From Catajapyx aquilonaris (Eukaryota): a DNA stretch of 64,000 nt. Positions 26,135 to 40,500 of the stretch are shown piece after piece. The stretch spans positions 1-64,000 of the forward strand of contig JYFJ02001976.1 in the NCBI GenBank assembly GCA_000934665.2. Direction: 5' to 3'. Within the stretch, counting starts at the first letter, position 1; each line of letters opens with the position of its first letter. Under the pieces are notes generated by a model that worked only from the letters and a program-made list of their open reading frames with translations, was not told the origin of the DNA and made no database searches. The position numbers were made by a program, and so were the translations under genes.

Positions 26135-27528
26135 CACTAGTGCACTACGTACAACCTTTTCCGAAATAAGTCCATCACTATTATCTACCGGTCACTGATT
26201 TTATAGTTTGTTTCCTCGTGCCAGGAGGCGAATTTCATAATAAGGCCTATAATGTCTTGCAAACCTGATTACTCTGACCGTCAACGTACTTTCAAAGTGA
26301 GTAATTCCACCAACAGTTCCGCCGCCATGTAACTCGATTTTTGAACCTCAATTTAGGTAGGAGGCCGCAGTGTTTGACATTACCACTCCGTATAGTCTAT
26401 ACTATCTTCATCTCGTGTGTGTCTCTTCCTTTCACAATTCCAGAAAGTCAATTTAAGCACAGCCATTTTATTTTGCAAACATATAGAATAGGCCTATATA
26501 TCAATCATACTCTATATACCTATTTCGCATGTCATAGTACAGAAAAGCAGACTAGAAATTCACTGCAACATTATGATTGTGGAAAGAAAATACTTCAGGT
26601 AACACAATATTACTCCATAAAATAGAGCGTATAGTGAGAGTCCATGAATGTTACATAAATCGTAAAGAGAATGCTTCACTTGCTTTCTGACAATGCTAAT
26701 AATTTATTGTGTGACTGACGGTGTGGTGCGGTAACTAATTAGGATCCGGTGATAATTGGATTGCAAATATGAAGCAAAAAGTACTGCCCAGCTACATTAT
26801 GCTCATTTCTGCTTGCTTACCCCATTTTGTGATTGCAGGTGTTTGCGTTTGTATTCACGTATGGATGGAAAGGCACAAATCAAATGGCATGTCGACCTGA
26901 ACAAATGTGAGTGTAATATTCATCTGCGGCTGGAATAATTAACATACTGACATGCGCCCTTGTAATTACACCGAATCGCTTTTTGGGCTTATGTTGCGTA
27001 TGTGGCCGCCCGCCGTCCTAATTTTCTTTCATGCTGCCAGGTTCATTCATTTACGGGGGGAATAAAGGATGCAGCAGCACCTTTGCTTTTGATGTTATTG
27101 TAATAAAATTATGCAGGATGTGTACTGTTATTATAAATCCCTTTGTAGACAAACGCATGCTACAATGGCACGAGCAAAGGCGTATTATTTTACGCATTAA
27201 TCTATTGCATGCCTATTATTTAACTCTCCTCACAGGGAAGGACTGCCTACTTTCGGCTGTGGCTATATGGTCAGAATAGCTAATCACGACAGCAATACAT
27301 AAAAAGTAGTAGTGCAATGGGAAATCCTGTAACCAAAGCTTGCAACAGTGTGACAACCAGCAGTGATTTTTACCCAAGGAGAAAACTGTACATAATCATG
27401 TAAAACTTGACCTGTGCCCTGGCGCATCAGAGTGGCCATGTGAAATGGAAAGATGAGCTGCAAGTCATAAACTTGTTTCCTTTGCCATCAAGTATTATCA
27501 CTTTTAGGGAATTGTCGTGATGTAAATG

Positions 27529-27581
27529 CAGTGGCGTAGTGCCACCCCTTCTCTCCCGAAAATTTCCTGGTTATGCCACTG
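27529..27581. mobile_element. 53-bp hAT-type mini element
   Basis: CAGTGGCGTA...TATGCCACTG flanked by TGTAAATG / TGTAATGT (near 8-bp TSD). Confidence 0.6.
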
Positions 27582-28815
27582 TGTAATGTATGTTTATTAA
27601 ATTCCTAGACGACACCTTATGTCGCCCGTGAGTCACTTCCATTCTCTAGTTCATTTTCATTATTTGATGAGACAAACAGCCTAATCTTCATCTCTCTCTT
27701 GTCATCCAGAATTCTCATTACCTTCAAACTGAGAGGATTAATGCCCAATATTAAATGTATTTCCTCCATAACGCACTGAAGACATGTACTGAATTTTCAT
27801 ACTACTCTTTTAACTCTATTTCGCTATTTCTCCCATTAAAGCAGGAAAAACCTACTAATTTTAAAATATTCAACCACTTTAAAAACACTCCCAGATAACA
27901 GCTGTTCCACTTTCACACAAATGCAGTGTATAGGAAGAATCGGGAGCCTGCAAGTCGGAAGTTGAGATGATCAGGATATGAGATATCTAGAGAGAAAGGA
28001 ACAAATACAATCATGGTGTTTAGAAAATATGATACCAGAGTACCGGACATAATTTTGAATCGAAACATCCTGTGGCATTTGGACGTAAAATTACGGCTGA
28101 GGCGCCAGAGTCCTGCACAGTTTGAGGGGAATAGTTCGAAATATTGATTTCAGCAAGCTATTATTTGTCCAAACGTGATGTTCGGTAGAAATGAGAAATT
28201 ACTCGCTACTCCAGTTCGGAACGTGGTTGTGTATAAAAGCGCCCTAATGGAAATCAGAATTCTCCATGGTTACTCGTTTAGTACAAGTGGTGGAAAGATG
28301 GTAAAAAAAGAAATAAATAACGACTATAAGGAAGGTGTTCACGATAATGCAACTGGTTTTGTACTTCAAATGGACATACCACAAATCGCCTTCCCCTTTT
28401 GCGTCCTTTTGCTATCTTTTATTTGTATACTAAACGAATAAGATTGGTGCATTCATACTAATAGTGCATACAGTAGGCATTCTCAGTTCTTACTGGGCAT
28501 GAATTTTGCTTACCAAACTCTCTAGGGGCGTAATCATAATATTTATTATGCACACTGTACAGTAACTCTGTTATCCCACATTATTTTTGTCTTCATCTGC
28601 CACAAGCAAATCACGTAACACAATAGAAAAGCCTACTAAAGAAGACGTATAGCACAGAGAAAATGTATCGAGGAAGATGCCTCAAATGGAGTCGAGGGAT
28701 CAGCCAGTCCACAAAGGAAGTGCACTGAAATTCTGAGGAACATTAATGGAAGCTGAGCATTACCGTGGGTCGCGACTCCGTCCCTCCATGGCAGCGTCAC
28801 CTGAACCAACCTAAG

Positions 28816-28817
<2 letters not shown>

Positions 28818-28890
<73 letters not shown>
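28818..28890 (+). repeat. (CT)n microsatellite
   Basis: Directly visible dinucleotide run. Confidence 0.95.
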
Positions 28891-28891
<1 letters not shown>

Positions 28892-30793
28892 AGCAGTCGG
28901 ATAAAAAAGGAAAACCTTTGAGCATGGCATCCCCACTTTCCCTGGGGGACACCCAGCCAAGCAGCTTCCACTCTTTTGATTTTGGAGCTATCTCACCCCG
29001 AAAAGCAGAGTTTGCTTCACACACCCCCACCCCCACACACACACACACACGTCCACAAGCCGCCAGGCTTCTTTCCTAGGAAGATCCTCTAAAAGTACCT
29101 CTATTCCTCTCTATTCGTAGCGACACAAGTCCCCTTTAATTTGGCAGTGGGTTTTTAACAAGTAACACAAGCTTGATATATGATTTTTTTTGCCAGGGAA
29201 AGTGACCGGTTTTAGCAAGAATTCGAGTGGTAAAAGATTTCTCGATTAAATAAAGTTCGAATTCTAGGTCAGAAAGCCTGAAAATACTCGTTATTATACA
29301 CACAAAGGTCACATTTAATAAACGGATTAAGGTACACGAGTGTTTTGATGACGGTGGGGTTTTAGAGGAAGCACCTGTCCCCGTCTTTTGGGAGGATTTG
29401 GTTCTGGAGGGTGGATTGATTGAGGTTCCCTCCAGAGACCTGAGGTCCCACTAGCATGGATTCAAATCCTCTCGTCCTACTGGTCGGTTGCAATCGGGAC
29501 AGACTGAAAAAAACTCCCATGCAGACTTTGTGGGACAACTATATACTCGCTCTGATTGGTGGGTCGGTCATGGCGACCGACTTTTTAAAACCGGTGACAA
29601 TCCTTAAAATAGACGTTACATTATAAGCTACTTAATTTTTAAACGTTTAAAGTTGTTTAAAATGCTTACACGAAGTTTACACGAGTTTTTCTTCTCCCCG
29701 TGCATTACTTATAAATACAATGCGACGGGCATGTAAACATTTCCCGGGAACACACGAGATAGGCCAAATTGGTCTGGTATAAATAACAGCAAATCCAAGT
29801 GAAAACCGAGAGAGCTAGAATCCAGCACTCTCTGGAGACAAGTCAGTGGCATGAATAATACACCAGTAATATTGCCTTCTGTCCAACAAAAGGCCTACCG
29901 TCTACTCTCGGGCCGAATACCCACATCTCACGCTGAATACTAGAAGGGAAACTTTCATTTAGACCATGATTGTGACAACTGAGAATGTGACTTTTATTTG
30001 CTGCGTCCCTCGCTTGAAATATGGGAGACAGGAGAGGGACATCGCGGCACGGATTCATGGCAGAGGAAATAGAATCAGGCCAATACAGTCATGGAAGTGC
30101 TTCTCTCAGCATATTACCTTAGGGAAACTACAGTAAACTATGGCGTATTGCGTTTCTCCCTTGACATTTTAATATTTCATTACCACTGAGCCTGTCGTCG
30201 CGTGGGGCTGTCATAAAAAATGGCAATGCAGTAATACACAAAATTAGTTTTACCCAGGCCACTCATCAACCGGCTCATTTAATTTATAAAAATGCTATAT
30301 ATGGACAGACTTGCATGAAAGTTGTGCAAATAAAGGGTTTTCGACATACCTGCAATTACTGCATATCTGACCTACGTACAAAAAAATAATGCGCTCTAGA
30401 CAAGCCAAGAACTTCCAAGACACGTAGATTGGATGCGATTCAATTACAAGCACTACTTGGTGTCAATTAATCCCGCTAGACTTACGCAACGATGCGCAAG
30501 AGTACTTGAAGGAAAAACTCATTTCCAATGCCTAACATTTAGCTGTAATTGGTCGTCGTTTCCGTGCCCTCCATTAGAGACTTCCACTTCAGAGTGTAGT
30601 ACGTCTAAAGTGCAACAGAGATACTTGAGTTGCATGTAAATTCCTTTCACTAAGTTCACTGAAGATCCTGGCTTATACGAACTCACTATTCGTACCGTGG
30701 AAGTTTCCGAGGACTTAAGAACTACGCAAGGTATTGGAGAAATAGGGAACAACAGTCATAGCTGCACATCATATCTGCTTTCCTTTGTAACTA

Positions 30794-31747
30794 CGAGGGT
30801 TGTTACATAAAACATTGCGCGTATTTTTTATATTTAAAAACGGTATAACACATACAGAGATGACTTTTGCTGAGTTTTGAAGCTCCGGCGATTACAATTT
30901 GACGTGACATATAGATGTCGTCCATATCGCAAGGGGGGGTCTGGAAACAACAGGGGATCGTGACCCTGACCCACCACCTCAGCAGCCCGCCGCAACTACT
31001 TCCTTTCCCGTGCTCTTAGCTGCTCCGCTAACCCCGGATGTAGAGTCCGAAAACCCGGATGTAGAGCCCTGTATCAAATCGCATTCTGGCGGACGACTCT
31101 GAACCGTTCTGAGCCTACCTATATTGTCAACTCCCAATCAGCTCCTCTTTGCAGATACAACCATCGGACACCAATTGGAACGGGCGAAATGGCATTCGGG
31201 TGGCTGATTGTTGGATCTGCAAACAGGAGCTGATTGGGAGATTGACAATGTAGGTAGGCTCAGAACGGTTCACAGACGCCCCCCCCCCCCCCCCCCCNNN
31301 NNNNTTTTATACAGGGCTCTACATCCGGGGTTTCGGACTCTACATCCGGGGCTAGCGGACCAGCTAAGCGCACGGCCTTCCCCGTATATGGCTGGATAGG
31401 AAGTTGCGGGGGGCTGCACCGCACAATCGCCCTAAGACGGCCGGAGCCTGACGCGCTTGGAGCAGTTGGACTCTGCATGCTGGACACTCGGAGATGGGAA
31501 ACACGGGATTGTTGTCCATCTCCGAGTGTCCCGCATGCAGCGTCCAGCCTTCTTAGGGCGATGGTGCGGTGGGGGCGGGGTTCACGATCCCCTCTTGTTT
31601 CCCCACCCCCCCCAGCGATATGGGCGGCATCTATATGCCAGATCAAATTGTAATCGCCGGATCTTCAAAACTCAGCAAAGGTCATCTCTGTGTGTTTTAC
31701 CCATTTTCAATAAAAAATACGCGCCATGACTTATGAAACAACCCTCG
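30794..31747. mobile_element. mariner-type MITE hosting a nested element
   Basis: TA-CGAGGGTTGTT...AACAACCCTCG-TA with ~180-bp arms. After removing 30983-31416, the arms continue into the hairpin 31417-31571. Same family as ~60910-61626. Confidence 0.9.
30983..31416. mobile_element. hAT-like hairpin element with CAGCCC termini, nested
   Basis: CAGCCCGCCGCAACT...AGTTGCGGGGGGCTG with flanks CACCTCAG / CACCGCAC (6/8). Long internal inverted arms include tandem CCGGATGTAGAG; contains a 7-N gap at 31298-31304. Confidence 0.75.
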
Positions 31748-34700
31748 TATAAGTTACTGCGCCATATAATTACAACACTTCAATTAATTATCAGTAACCA
31801 CACAATATATTATTCTGGCTATTCGCTCGACTGCACTTTTCTACGTTATTCATGAGGTAGGACTGTAGTCTACAACCGGACTGTCAATAAAATGAGATGC
31901 ATTTGCGTGTACTCGTCTGGGAATAAACAGCACAACATCGAATAAAACAATTGTTTAATATTGTGATTCTACCGAGTATTACACTTGACTTTTTAATTTA
32001 AAATCTTTTGTGTGCGAATCTCGTGTCAACCTTCCTTAATTGGGAAAGGAAAAATGCTCTAGAAGTCTAGAGAACTGAGGTTATACCGTATAATTATACT
32101 GCTAATTAATATTACTTCGGTGTAGCATCATCATATGGCTATAGTATGTCGAATTTGTGGAAAATATTATTTTGGTGCAATTTTTAAATCACAAACCTTT
32201 GGAATTCGGCAATATGTTAATACATGTACTCGTATGTTTGTATGATAGCAGCATATGCTACAACTCTTCAACATAATAATGAAAAATTAGGTTTCGTCAG
32301 TTTGTCAATCGATCGTCGAACTTTTAATAGGCACCTTATCATGAAATAAAAGACTTTTGGGGTTTGGAGGAACGGTCAATTGCATGTGCTAAACCTATAA
32401 ATGACTAGAAAAAGCTTCCAAATTGCCCATCACACGGAAGGGGGCATTTTCTGTTTCTTGTGATTGCACTCAACCCCTACGGTCGCAGCAGTAGTAAAGC
32501 GCAAAAAAGAAGCCCAACACTTGTAAGCAAAGGCTAGTGCTGTGGTTGAAAGTAGTCGGCCCATTCATAATAGTGACAAATATGACAAAACAATAGCAAG
32601 CAAAAGGAGTCGTGATGTTAAACATAAATGTATGGTTACTATGCTTGACAGCCCTCGTGATCATAAATTTTTCTTCTTTAAGACTATGCGCAGAAGGTAC
32701 GTTGAATTCTAGTGAAGAGGTTCATAATTATAGTTATTAAATCAAAACTTGATTACACCTTACTGATGTAGGCGAACACGAATGCGGAAATTCCCGTTTG
32801 TCATACGACTTTTTCTAGTTAAATGGTCCTGCAGAAAGGCCTGAAAAAATGTGTTATATTCTTAAGTATTTCCAGGAATAAGCTAATAAATAATGTTCAT
32901 CCATAAAGGTGGAGAACTATGCCATCATACTCCATCAAAATCATAAAATCTGCCTCTAGCCACGAAAATATTTAACCCCACCAGTTAGTGTTGCAAACAA
33001 TATTACTATAATAGCCTACAGATTGAGACGCACTATTATCACTTCCCATCGTTTGATTTTCCTGAGAAAATAATTGGCAATGAGAAACTGGGAAGGGACC
33101 TTTGGCAAGAAAAAGAGTTCGGGGCAGTAAGATTGCGAGTTGCTCATATGATAGGAACCAGAGCCATGATGTAATGGAGTGCGAAAGAGTGCCGAGTAAA
33201 CAGAAGCTAAGCCAGAATTGGCAGCCGAAATATTGACTTGACCCCTTTGCCCCCCTTCCTCCAGCACCTCCAGCTATAGAAGCAAGCAAGCAAGCAACCA
33301 ACCAGATGGAGTGACGGCCAGGGGGCAAAGTCAGCCTATTGCAACATCCTTTATTGGCAGCTAAGGCCCGGCAGACACTAAGCGACCAGGACAGAAGGCA
33401 CTAGAGGAGAAGTTTCTTCTGAAGGTGCCAGATTTGATCACCTAACCGTTTTCTGGCTGATGCCACAAATATCAAGAAGCTTCTCTCTACTCGCCTCAAA
33501 AATATACATTGTGATATGGCACGATTGTTAACTCTCCTGTCTTAAAGAGTTTATTTAATTCGAGGTTATCCCTGGTTATATGTGGACGTGAGACCATATA
33601 TGAAGTTTATCCTGACTCTGCAGAACCACACTTGTTCCTCGCTTGTTCGCAGTGTATACTAATTTCCAGGATAGAGGGTGATACAAATTGGCTGCTCACT
33701 TGTCAGTCCGGACGTACTGCACCATTATACCGGAAAATACTTGCCTAAATAGATGACGACCTCCCAATTATGCATTATGACCGTCTGGAAAGGCAGAAAA
33801 TCTAATCATGGACGGAGTGACAAGTATCGATGTAACCAGTAATCCATACGGCCCGAAGCACAAAAACTTTGGAATAATGTGCATTAGCGAGTTTGTAATC
33901 ATTCCAATTTGCAGATTTTAGAAATATGATGGTTGTTAACCTAAATCCAGTAAATGGGAAATTAAGACATTTCAGAATTGATATCATTTGAGACATTAAT
34001 ATTTGATCAGCAATTTCGCGTGATTCTAAATGCGTCCAATAAGTTAATTCAACAATGAAGTGCACGAACACGCAAGAAATCTAATCAAAGTGCTTCATAC
34101 AGTACTTGATACATGTGATGACATGGAGGAGGTGTAATCGTCAACAGTTTTGAGGAAATGACTGAATCTCCCTGCGTAGTAGCGAGAATTTAAATCCATC
34201 CTGGCAGCAGCTAGTAGCTGCCGCTAGTTCCCTGCATTTGTGGGTTCCCATTAAACAATCAAGGTATATAAGCTATTGAATGCTTCCAGAAGTTAGTCCT
34301 AAAGGCGGTGCCTGCTTCATTGTTCCATCTGAGAAGCGCCAAGACGGAAGTCGCGGAGTTTCTGCTCGGATTGGCCCAAAGCAGCTTTCACCCTCTTCGC
34401 ACCCACACAATGACACAACCGCACACACACCCACACCCTCCCACACACAGCGACACTCTGGAAATTCCTAGCCTTCTCTCTCTAATTCCTGTTTGGCGAG
34501 ATGGCAAACTACTCGGGAGCAAGCTGCCTGCTGAATTCCGTCAACAGAAATGCGGACGCAGTTCAGGAATTCTTGCATTGTCGGCTGCAGCCTGGCGCCC
34601 CATTGCCACCCAATTGGTATTCCTGCTTCTCCAAAGCCAAGCTAACCCTTTTCCCCCACACCCCCATATCCTATCCCCCATTCCCTTACTCTAAATCTAA

Positions 34701-34991
34701 AGGAGGAAATGCTTGCGGTTTTGCAGACTCTTATCAGAGAGACGCGCGACTTTAAAGCCTCTGACAACCTCGACAAACTCGCAAGCAATATCTATCCAAC
34801 TTGTTACCAGGTATTTGAGATTCACGGGGCTGGTTACCGGCTCTTTTGTGCCAGGACGTGGCGACGTGGAAGTTCTTGGTGACCCAAATGGCTGGAAGAT
34901 AATATATTGTTGGCTCGGCTTTTATCTCATAGCAAATAGGCTTAAGTGTGCACAAGCTTGAGATTGCATGTCCTGTCCTTTATCTGATGTA

Positions 34992-35343
34992 TAGGGTCGT
35001 CCAACAAAGAGGGTACACCGCTTCTGGTAATTGTGCGCGTAGATGCTTTCCACAGCAGAAATCAGTTTCATCAAGAGTAAATGGTTTCATCTATTATTAT
35101 TTTAAAGTATTTGCTACACTATTGCACCTCGGCGGTTTTAGTGGCCAAAAAAGGTGGTTTCTGCTGAGCAGTTAAATAAGCACAATTTTACCAAGCTTGT
35201 ATTTTATGCCACAAATAAGTTTTGTATTCTGGCGCTTTAGTTAGGACGCTAGCAAAGTGGAAGTTAGGGGGAAAAAATTATCATCACCTTGAAAAATTGC
35301 TGATAGGTTTGTCCGAAACTTTTTTCCGTGTTGGACAATCCTG
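34992..35343. mobile_element. Degenerate Tc1/mariner-type MITE
   Basis: TA-TAGGGTCGTCCAACA...TGTTGGACAATCCTG-TA. Confidence 0.55.
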
Positions 35344-35431
35344 TATTATTTTCAGTTAATTCCGTAGAGTGCAAGGTTTATTGTGAGAACACAGCAGAGT
35401 CATAATATGTGAATTATTGTGAAGAGTAATA

Positions 35432-35746
35432 CAGGTAGTCCCTGCTGGTTTACGAACGACCCGACTTACTGCGATCCGTACTTACCCATGGCTCCCGGGA
35501 AGGAAAATTTATAATTATTCCTCCACTTTCAGTCACTTTTTCGTACGTTGACCGACACCAAGTTCAACATAAATACTGCATAATTAATAAATAATTGGAA
35601 AACTACCTTTCTCGCGCATGTAAACAGACACACGTGACGTTAGCTGTTCCTTGGAGCATAATCTTTACGCTGTTAATCAGGGATGCAAGTTACGAACAAA
35701 TCTAACTTATGGACATTAACCCCGTTCGTAGACCGGGGACTACCTG
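35432..35746. mobile_element. pogo/Tigger-type MITE
   Basis: TA-CAGGTAGTCCC...TTACGAACG / CGTTCGTAGACCGGGGACTACCTG-TA. Confidence 0.85.
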
Positions 35747-37169
35747 TATTTAAAAGTGTATCCCAGGCAATGTTCCTATATGAGAAGGAAATGCTTGCTG
35801 CCCATAAGAGGTGAATAATATAGAGTATTATCCGCCTGCCATAAACCGGCTTTAACCATTGCCTATAATTTCTACTACTTCACATGCACACATTAACAGT
35901 GATCATCCGAACAATTTAATTTAAATATTATACAGTAATATGTAATATTATACTGCAACAATATTATTATCTGTGCTGGAGGGACGCAAAATGCGTGGTG
36001 GCTATTGTTTCTGCGGATTCCATCGAGTCCATGTTTGTTATTATAAAATATGTAAAGGGTAATTATTGCTTCCCACAACTAAAGCGGTTGGTGCGTTTAG
36101 GGCATGAATTATTCAGCCATTTCCACAGAGCTCGTGCATTACACTGCGTGATATGGCAGTGTGGTACAATTACCACAGGCCGCTTCACCCAACGCTAATG
36201 TGGCACGTAAGGCATCACACAATTAACGGTAGCACATTACTTGCTCCCAGAAGATTGTTACTGGCTATGAGCTTCATACTGATATAGTCAAATAAAAATA
36301 TTATTGCAGCTACTCCCAGTCTACTTTTTTTCCAAAATTTCCTATAGGTTCCACTGGTATTTTATAGTCGAATCGGCTATTTCCTTGAGCCGATAAAGGC
36401 ATTTTTGACACTGGTAAGTTTGTTTTTGTGTCAATCATAATCATTATATAGTAGTTGAATTATAGCTGTCAAGTTCCTGATATCTTCTTCAGCATCTTGG
36501 ATGCCACTTTTAGTCTTCTCTAATTCCTGTAGAAGACGTGACCCGAGTCATAGCCCCCCCCCCCCCNCCCCCCTTTATGAAAAAATATACCGCTAATGCC
36601 CATTCCAGAGTTGCTTTCGGATTGCCTTTAAGACCAAGACTTGCTAAAAGTTACTTAGTTCTAAAAATTTTAATGAAGTCGTTAATGACTTCCATAGGAA
36701 TAGCTTTGTTAAAAGGCGGAGTGATGCTGTTTCAGATCGCATTCAGATTCATCAGCGTGCAATTTAAATTGAGGATCAGAAATTTTGGGATAAAGCCGTC
36801 GCTTGGCGTCTATAACCCCGGACATATTATACCCAGCTTTATCTCCTAGCCGTCCCTGTGCCTTTGATCTCTCTTGAATTTGAAGAAAACTCAAAGGCAG
36901 CAGTAATATCAATATTCTGTTGAGAGCATATCAGCCACAGGAATGGTTTGTTAGGCCGGGCGAAAACGTGAAGATATCGGCTTGGAAACTGGTGGGAAAT
37001 TGTCGCATATAAAGGCGAAGTCAATTTTGATATCTTTCAACCAATAAAAATACAAGGACGCACAAAATTAGATCAAATGTTCAAATAGGCAGAACGTAAT
37101 GTTGATTTGATCATGCTTTTCTCCCTACTTGTTCAGTTGCAATATGCGGATGGTAACATTACTTGTAAA

Positions 37170-37571
37170 CATAGAATAGAGAGATTCAGGGGATACGTTT
37201 GCCGACACGTAACGAAACACGAACGCATCGTAACTCCTCCCCGCCTGAAAGCGTATCGTTTGACACGGTAGGAGTATTTCAGGTGTCAGGTGAGCTAGTA
37301 CGCTACCAACCCTTGCACTGTTAGTCCTGCACCCACACGCGGCGACGTCCTGGTCTAGGTTAAGATGGTAGCAGTGGGATGGTTTCGGTCATCGGGATGG
37401 GTATCGTCTAACTCTATCACCCCACCCGTATCGGGATACGCAACGTAGGGAGTGGGTGGACGATAGCGGGAGGACCGCCGGACCAATCACCGCTTCGGTT
37501 ATGCTTGTTCTGGGTCCACGTAGTGTCGTTTCGTGACATACGATAAGGCCCACTGAAACTCCCTAATGTAA
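37170..37571. mobile_element. Degenerate TIR element with CpG-rich core, family unassigned
   Basis: TAGAGAGATTCAG / CTGAAACTCCCTA and GACACGTAACGAAAC / GTGTCGTTTCGTGAC imperfect IRs. Confidence 0.45.
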
Positions 37572-40500
37572 GGGCAGGTACAGTACTGTACAGTCAGTTT
37601 ATTAGGAAAAATATTACTCGTAAGATTCCTACGTAGAGTGTATAATGGCATGAAAATATTACGATGTAAAGATGAGTTTTCATATTTGAAAGAAAATAAA
37701 TCCTGCACAAATATTTCCCCTCCCATCGGAAAACAACATTTGTATGGTCTCATCTAGCTATACTGTATGCAAATTCCAGTTTTCCATCGGGCAGCGGCAA
37801 ATACGAGCTGCAAGGGAGACCTGAAACTGGCCCTTCCACTGGGTTCAATTATGGATTAGCCCGGGAACGAGTCAGGACACAAAAAACCGGAGATGTTCAC
37901 CCGAGTGTTGGCATCTGACAATCGCTGCCTACAAGAACAATACTTTTCACACGTGGTTATCTGCTGTTCCGGTTTGCAGCTGCCTGCATGTTCCTGGTTG
38001 GCCATTTTCCCCCGCATCTGAAACCGTACAAAGAGCTGCATGCTTCAATTTCAAACGCCCAAAACCGCAAGGCACAAAGTGTGCTTGGATCAAAGAATAA
38101 AATACTGACACGTATTTTTGGAAAAACTTTTTTCCTGTCCCAAAAATGTGCAGAGCTGAACCAAAAAAACTCGAGGCTGAAAGTCTAGGTGCGAAAAGAG
38201 AAGGTTCAAGTGCACAGAGCATCTAGAGCGTCTGAGGTGATATGGTGTGTCTTTTTGTGGCGTCGCCGGGCTGAAAGGCGGGCCCCGGATGTGAGGGGCA
38301 TTTTATTACTCGTATAAAACACACGGTAGCGAGGAAGTAGGAGGGGAAGGGAGAGCCGGAATTCCAATGGCATGCACTTTCCCTTTTTCCCTCCTTTTCC
38401 TTAGAAGAGTCCTGAGGGAAGGAGAAGCGCACTTGGAAGAGCGAGCCTTCCCATGTCGCCTGACGTTCAAATACCACTGGTGTACTACGTTACTTCATTC
38501 TGCTCTAAGATCCACCTTTATTTTGAGCCTCCTATTCATGAGAACCAGGAAGGCGCCATTTTGAAGCCGTTCACGTTCGCATTTAAAATTTATAATCTCA
38601 GTAAATGTTTATTGCGCTATGAACGAATTTTATCCAGCAACACTTGCATTGCGGACACGTAGGTGAATCAATGACCTAGTCCAAGGCGAAACATAGGACA
38701 TTGTTCATGAGATTGTGAATCTGTATAAGAACCAATATATTAGTTACATTTAAGGAATATTCTGTTCTGACACACGAAAACCATCACCACTATTGAAAGT
38801 GTCAGTGGTTTGTGCCACAGTACCCCTCCTGTTGCTTCACATAAGACGATATAACCTACGCTGACCTACTGAAACGACGATTCGTTGTTTCATCATGTTT
38901 GGGCCAACTTTGATAGATGCTCACTATGATGGGCATGAAGGCCTACTAGCCGCGATGTTTAGGAGATGCTACAGCTACGGCCAAGGTGGATTTATCCGAC
39001 TTTGACAAATGTCAAATTGTGATGGCCAGAGGCCTAGACCAATGTTTCTGACAGATTTGCTGACTGGGAAAGTCGAAATGAATAAATATGAAACTGAGTT
39101 CGCCTTCTTGGATGCAACGTAATCAAGAAGCACTAAGCATCTGGGACATATTTTAAATATTCTAGTAGGTCTAGTAGCCATAATAAATCAACCAATCAAT
39201 ACGATGTTACGGTAGGCTATACCCGGGTGCTTAGCGTGGGCGCTGCTTTCTCCTCCAGTTAGACTTTTGGTCTGGACACAAGTTTGCATTAGAGTTGTTA
39301 GAGATTATTATTTTATATCTTGACAACGTATTAGTTATTAGCATACTTATACGTACAGTAGGGGTATAGTAAAATTTCTAATAATATTTCACAAAATGCC
39401 ACACGTACCGATAATATAATACTGTAGCCTGAAACTTACCGGTACGGTATTCCTGCACTCCATTATGATAATATTGGCCCAAATTCTCAATTTATAAAAT
39501 AATAGGCTATGTAGTGCTTATGTTTAATTTGCTCGTCGTACGACGTGCACAGGTGTAATACAATACTGTACCTGAATGTATTTTACCAGCATTTATTGCA
39601 CTGGAACAGCACATTGTATCTTTACCGAATACTGCCCTGTTAGCATGGATGTGAATGAGTTTAGACATCTAGCGACCATTTCCAGATATATGAGGCAAGC
39701 GTACTGGCCGCAAATCTGGAAATTTCGGAAAATGTGTTTTACTGACGCGGTCCTAGAATCCTGTGTAACCTCCATAAATACTTAATGCTTGAAAGGAATG
39801 AAGAGAGATGGGGAGCAGTGAGATGGGGGGGGGGAGGGAGGAGTGGGGAGGCGATCCCCAAGGCAGCGTGAATTCTGCATAAAGGTTGGCTGCCTTCGTA
39901 TGCAACTTTTACGGGGGATGCAGGGGTCCCGATCTGACCCGGGGGACTCCAACCGGCCGTCTGTTCTGGGACATATCCGGATAGTACAGACTTGCGCCTT
40001 CGCACCAAACACACCCGCAATGCCCACCGGATCTTACCACATTTTTGTTCCAGGCTCGACTGCGCATATAAAGAGGGACAAAATGCAGAGAACCTTCATA
40101 AAGCTCTTGGTTATTACATGTGACAGGTTAATTCTGTAAATGGGCAAAGTTTGCTATCCTTGGTCACTTTACTTACTCAGCTGGACATGAACTAACCTGG
40201 TGTGTCACTTAGGAAGGATACAGGACGGGGTTGCTGCACACCAGAAAATAAATTAATTATTCAGCCCCTTTTTACTAACTTGACTGTTTTTTTATTTGCC
40301 TTAATTTCAGACTCGCATTATGAATATTGCACATTCAATAATTGGAGAACATCCACATCAGACAAGGTCCAAGCCAAGCCGAACTGACAGGTACAAAAGT
40401 TGGTAAGGAACATTGCAGATGCCTGCACGTAGGTAAGGACCAGCGCACGGAGAAGGTAATCGAATCAATCATTGCGGGATTTGTCTGGGCTTGAAGCTGT

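Noticed and set aside
29400..29580. GGATTCAAATCC B-box-like motif with possible SINE body
   Set aside because: No clear A-box, TSD or second copy in the window.
31279..31304. Poly-C runs adjoining Ns (also 36567 and 49026)
   Set aside because: Homopolymer-associated assembly ambiguity, so run lengths are unreliable.
36153..36182. TGGCAGTGTGGT, matching the 5' end of miR-34
   Set aside because: The match stops at 12 nt and the local hairpin is too short for a pre-miRNA.
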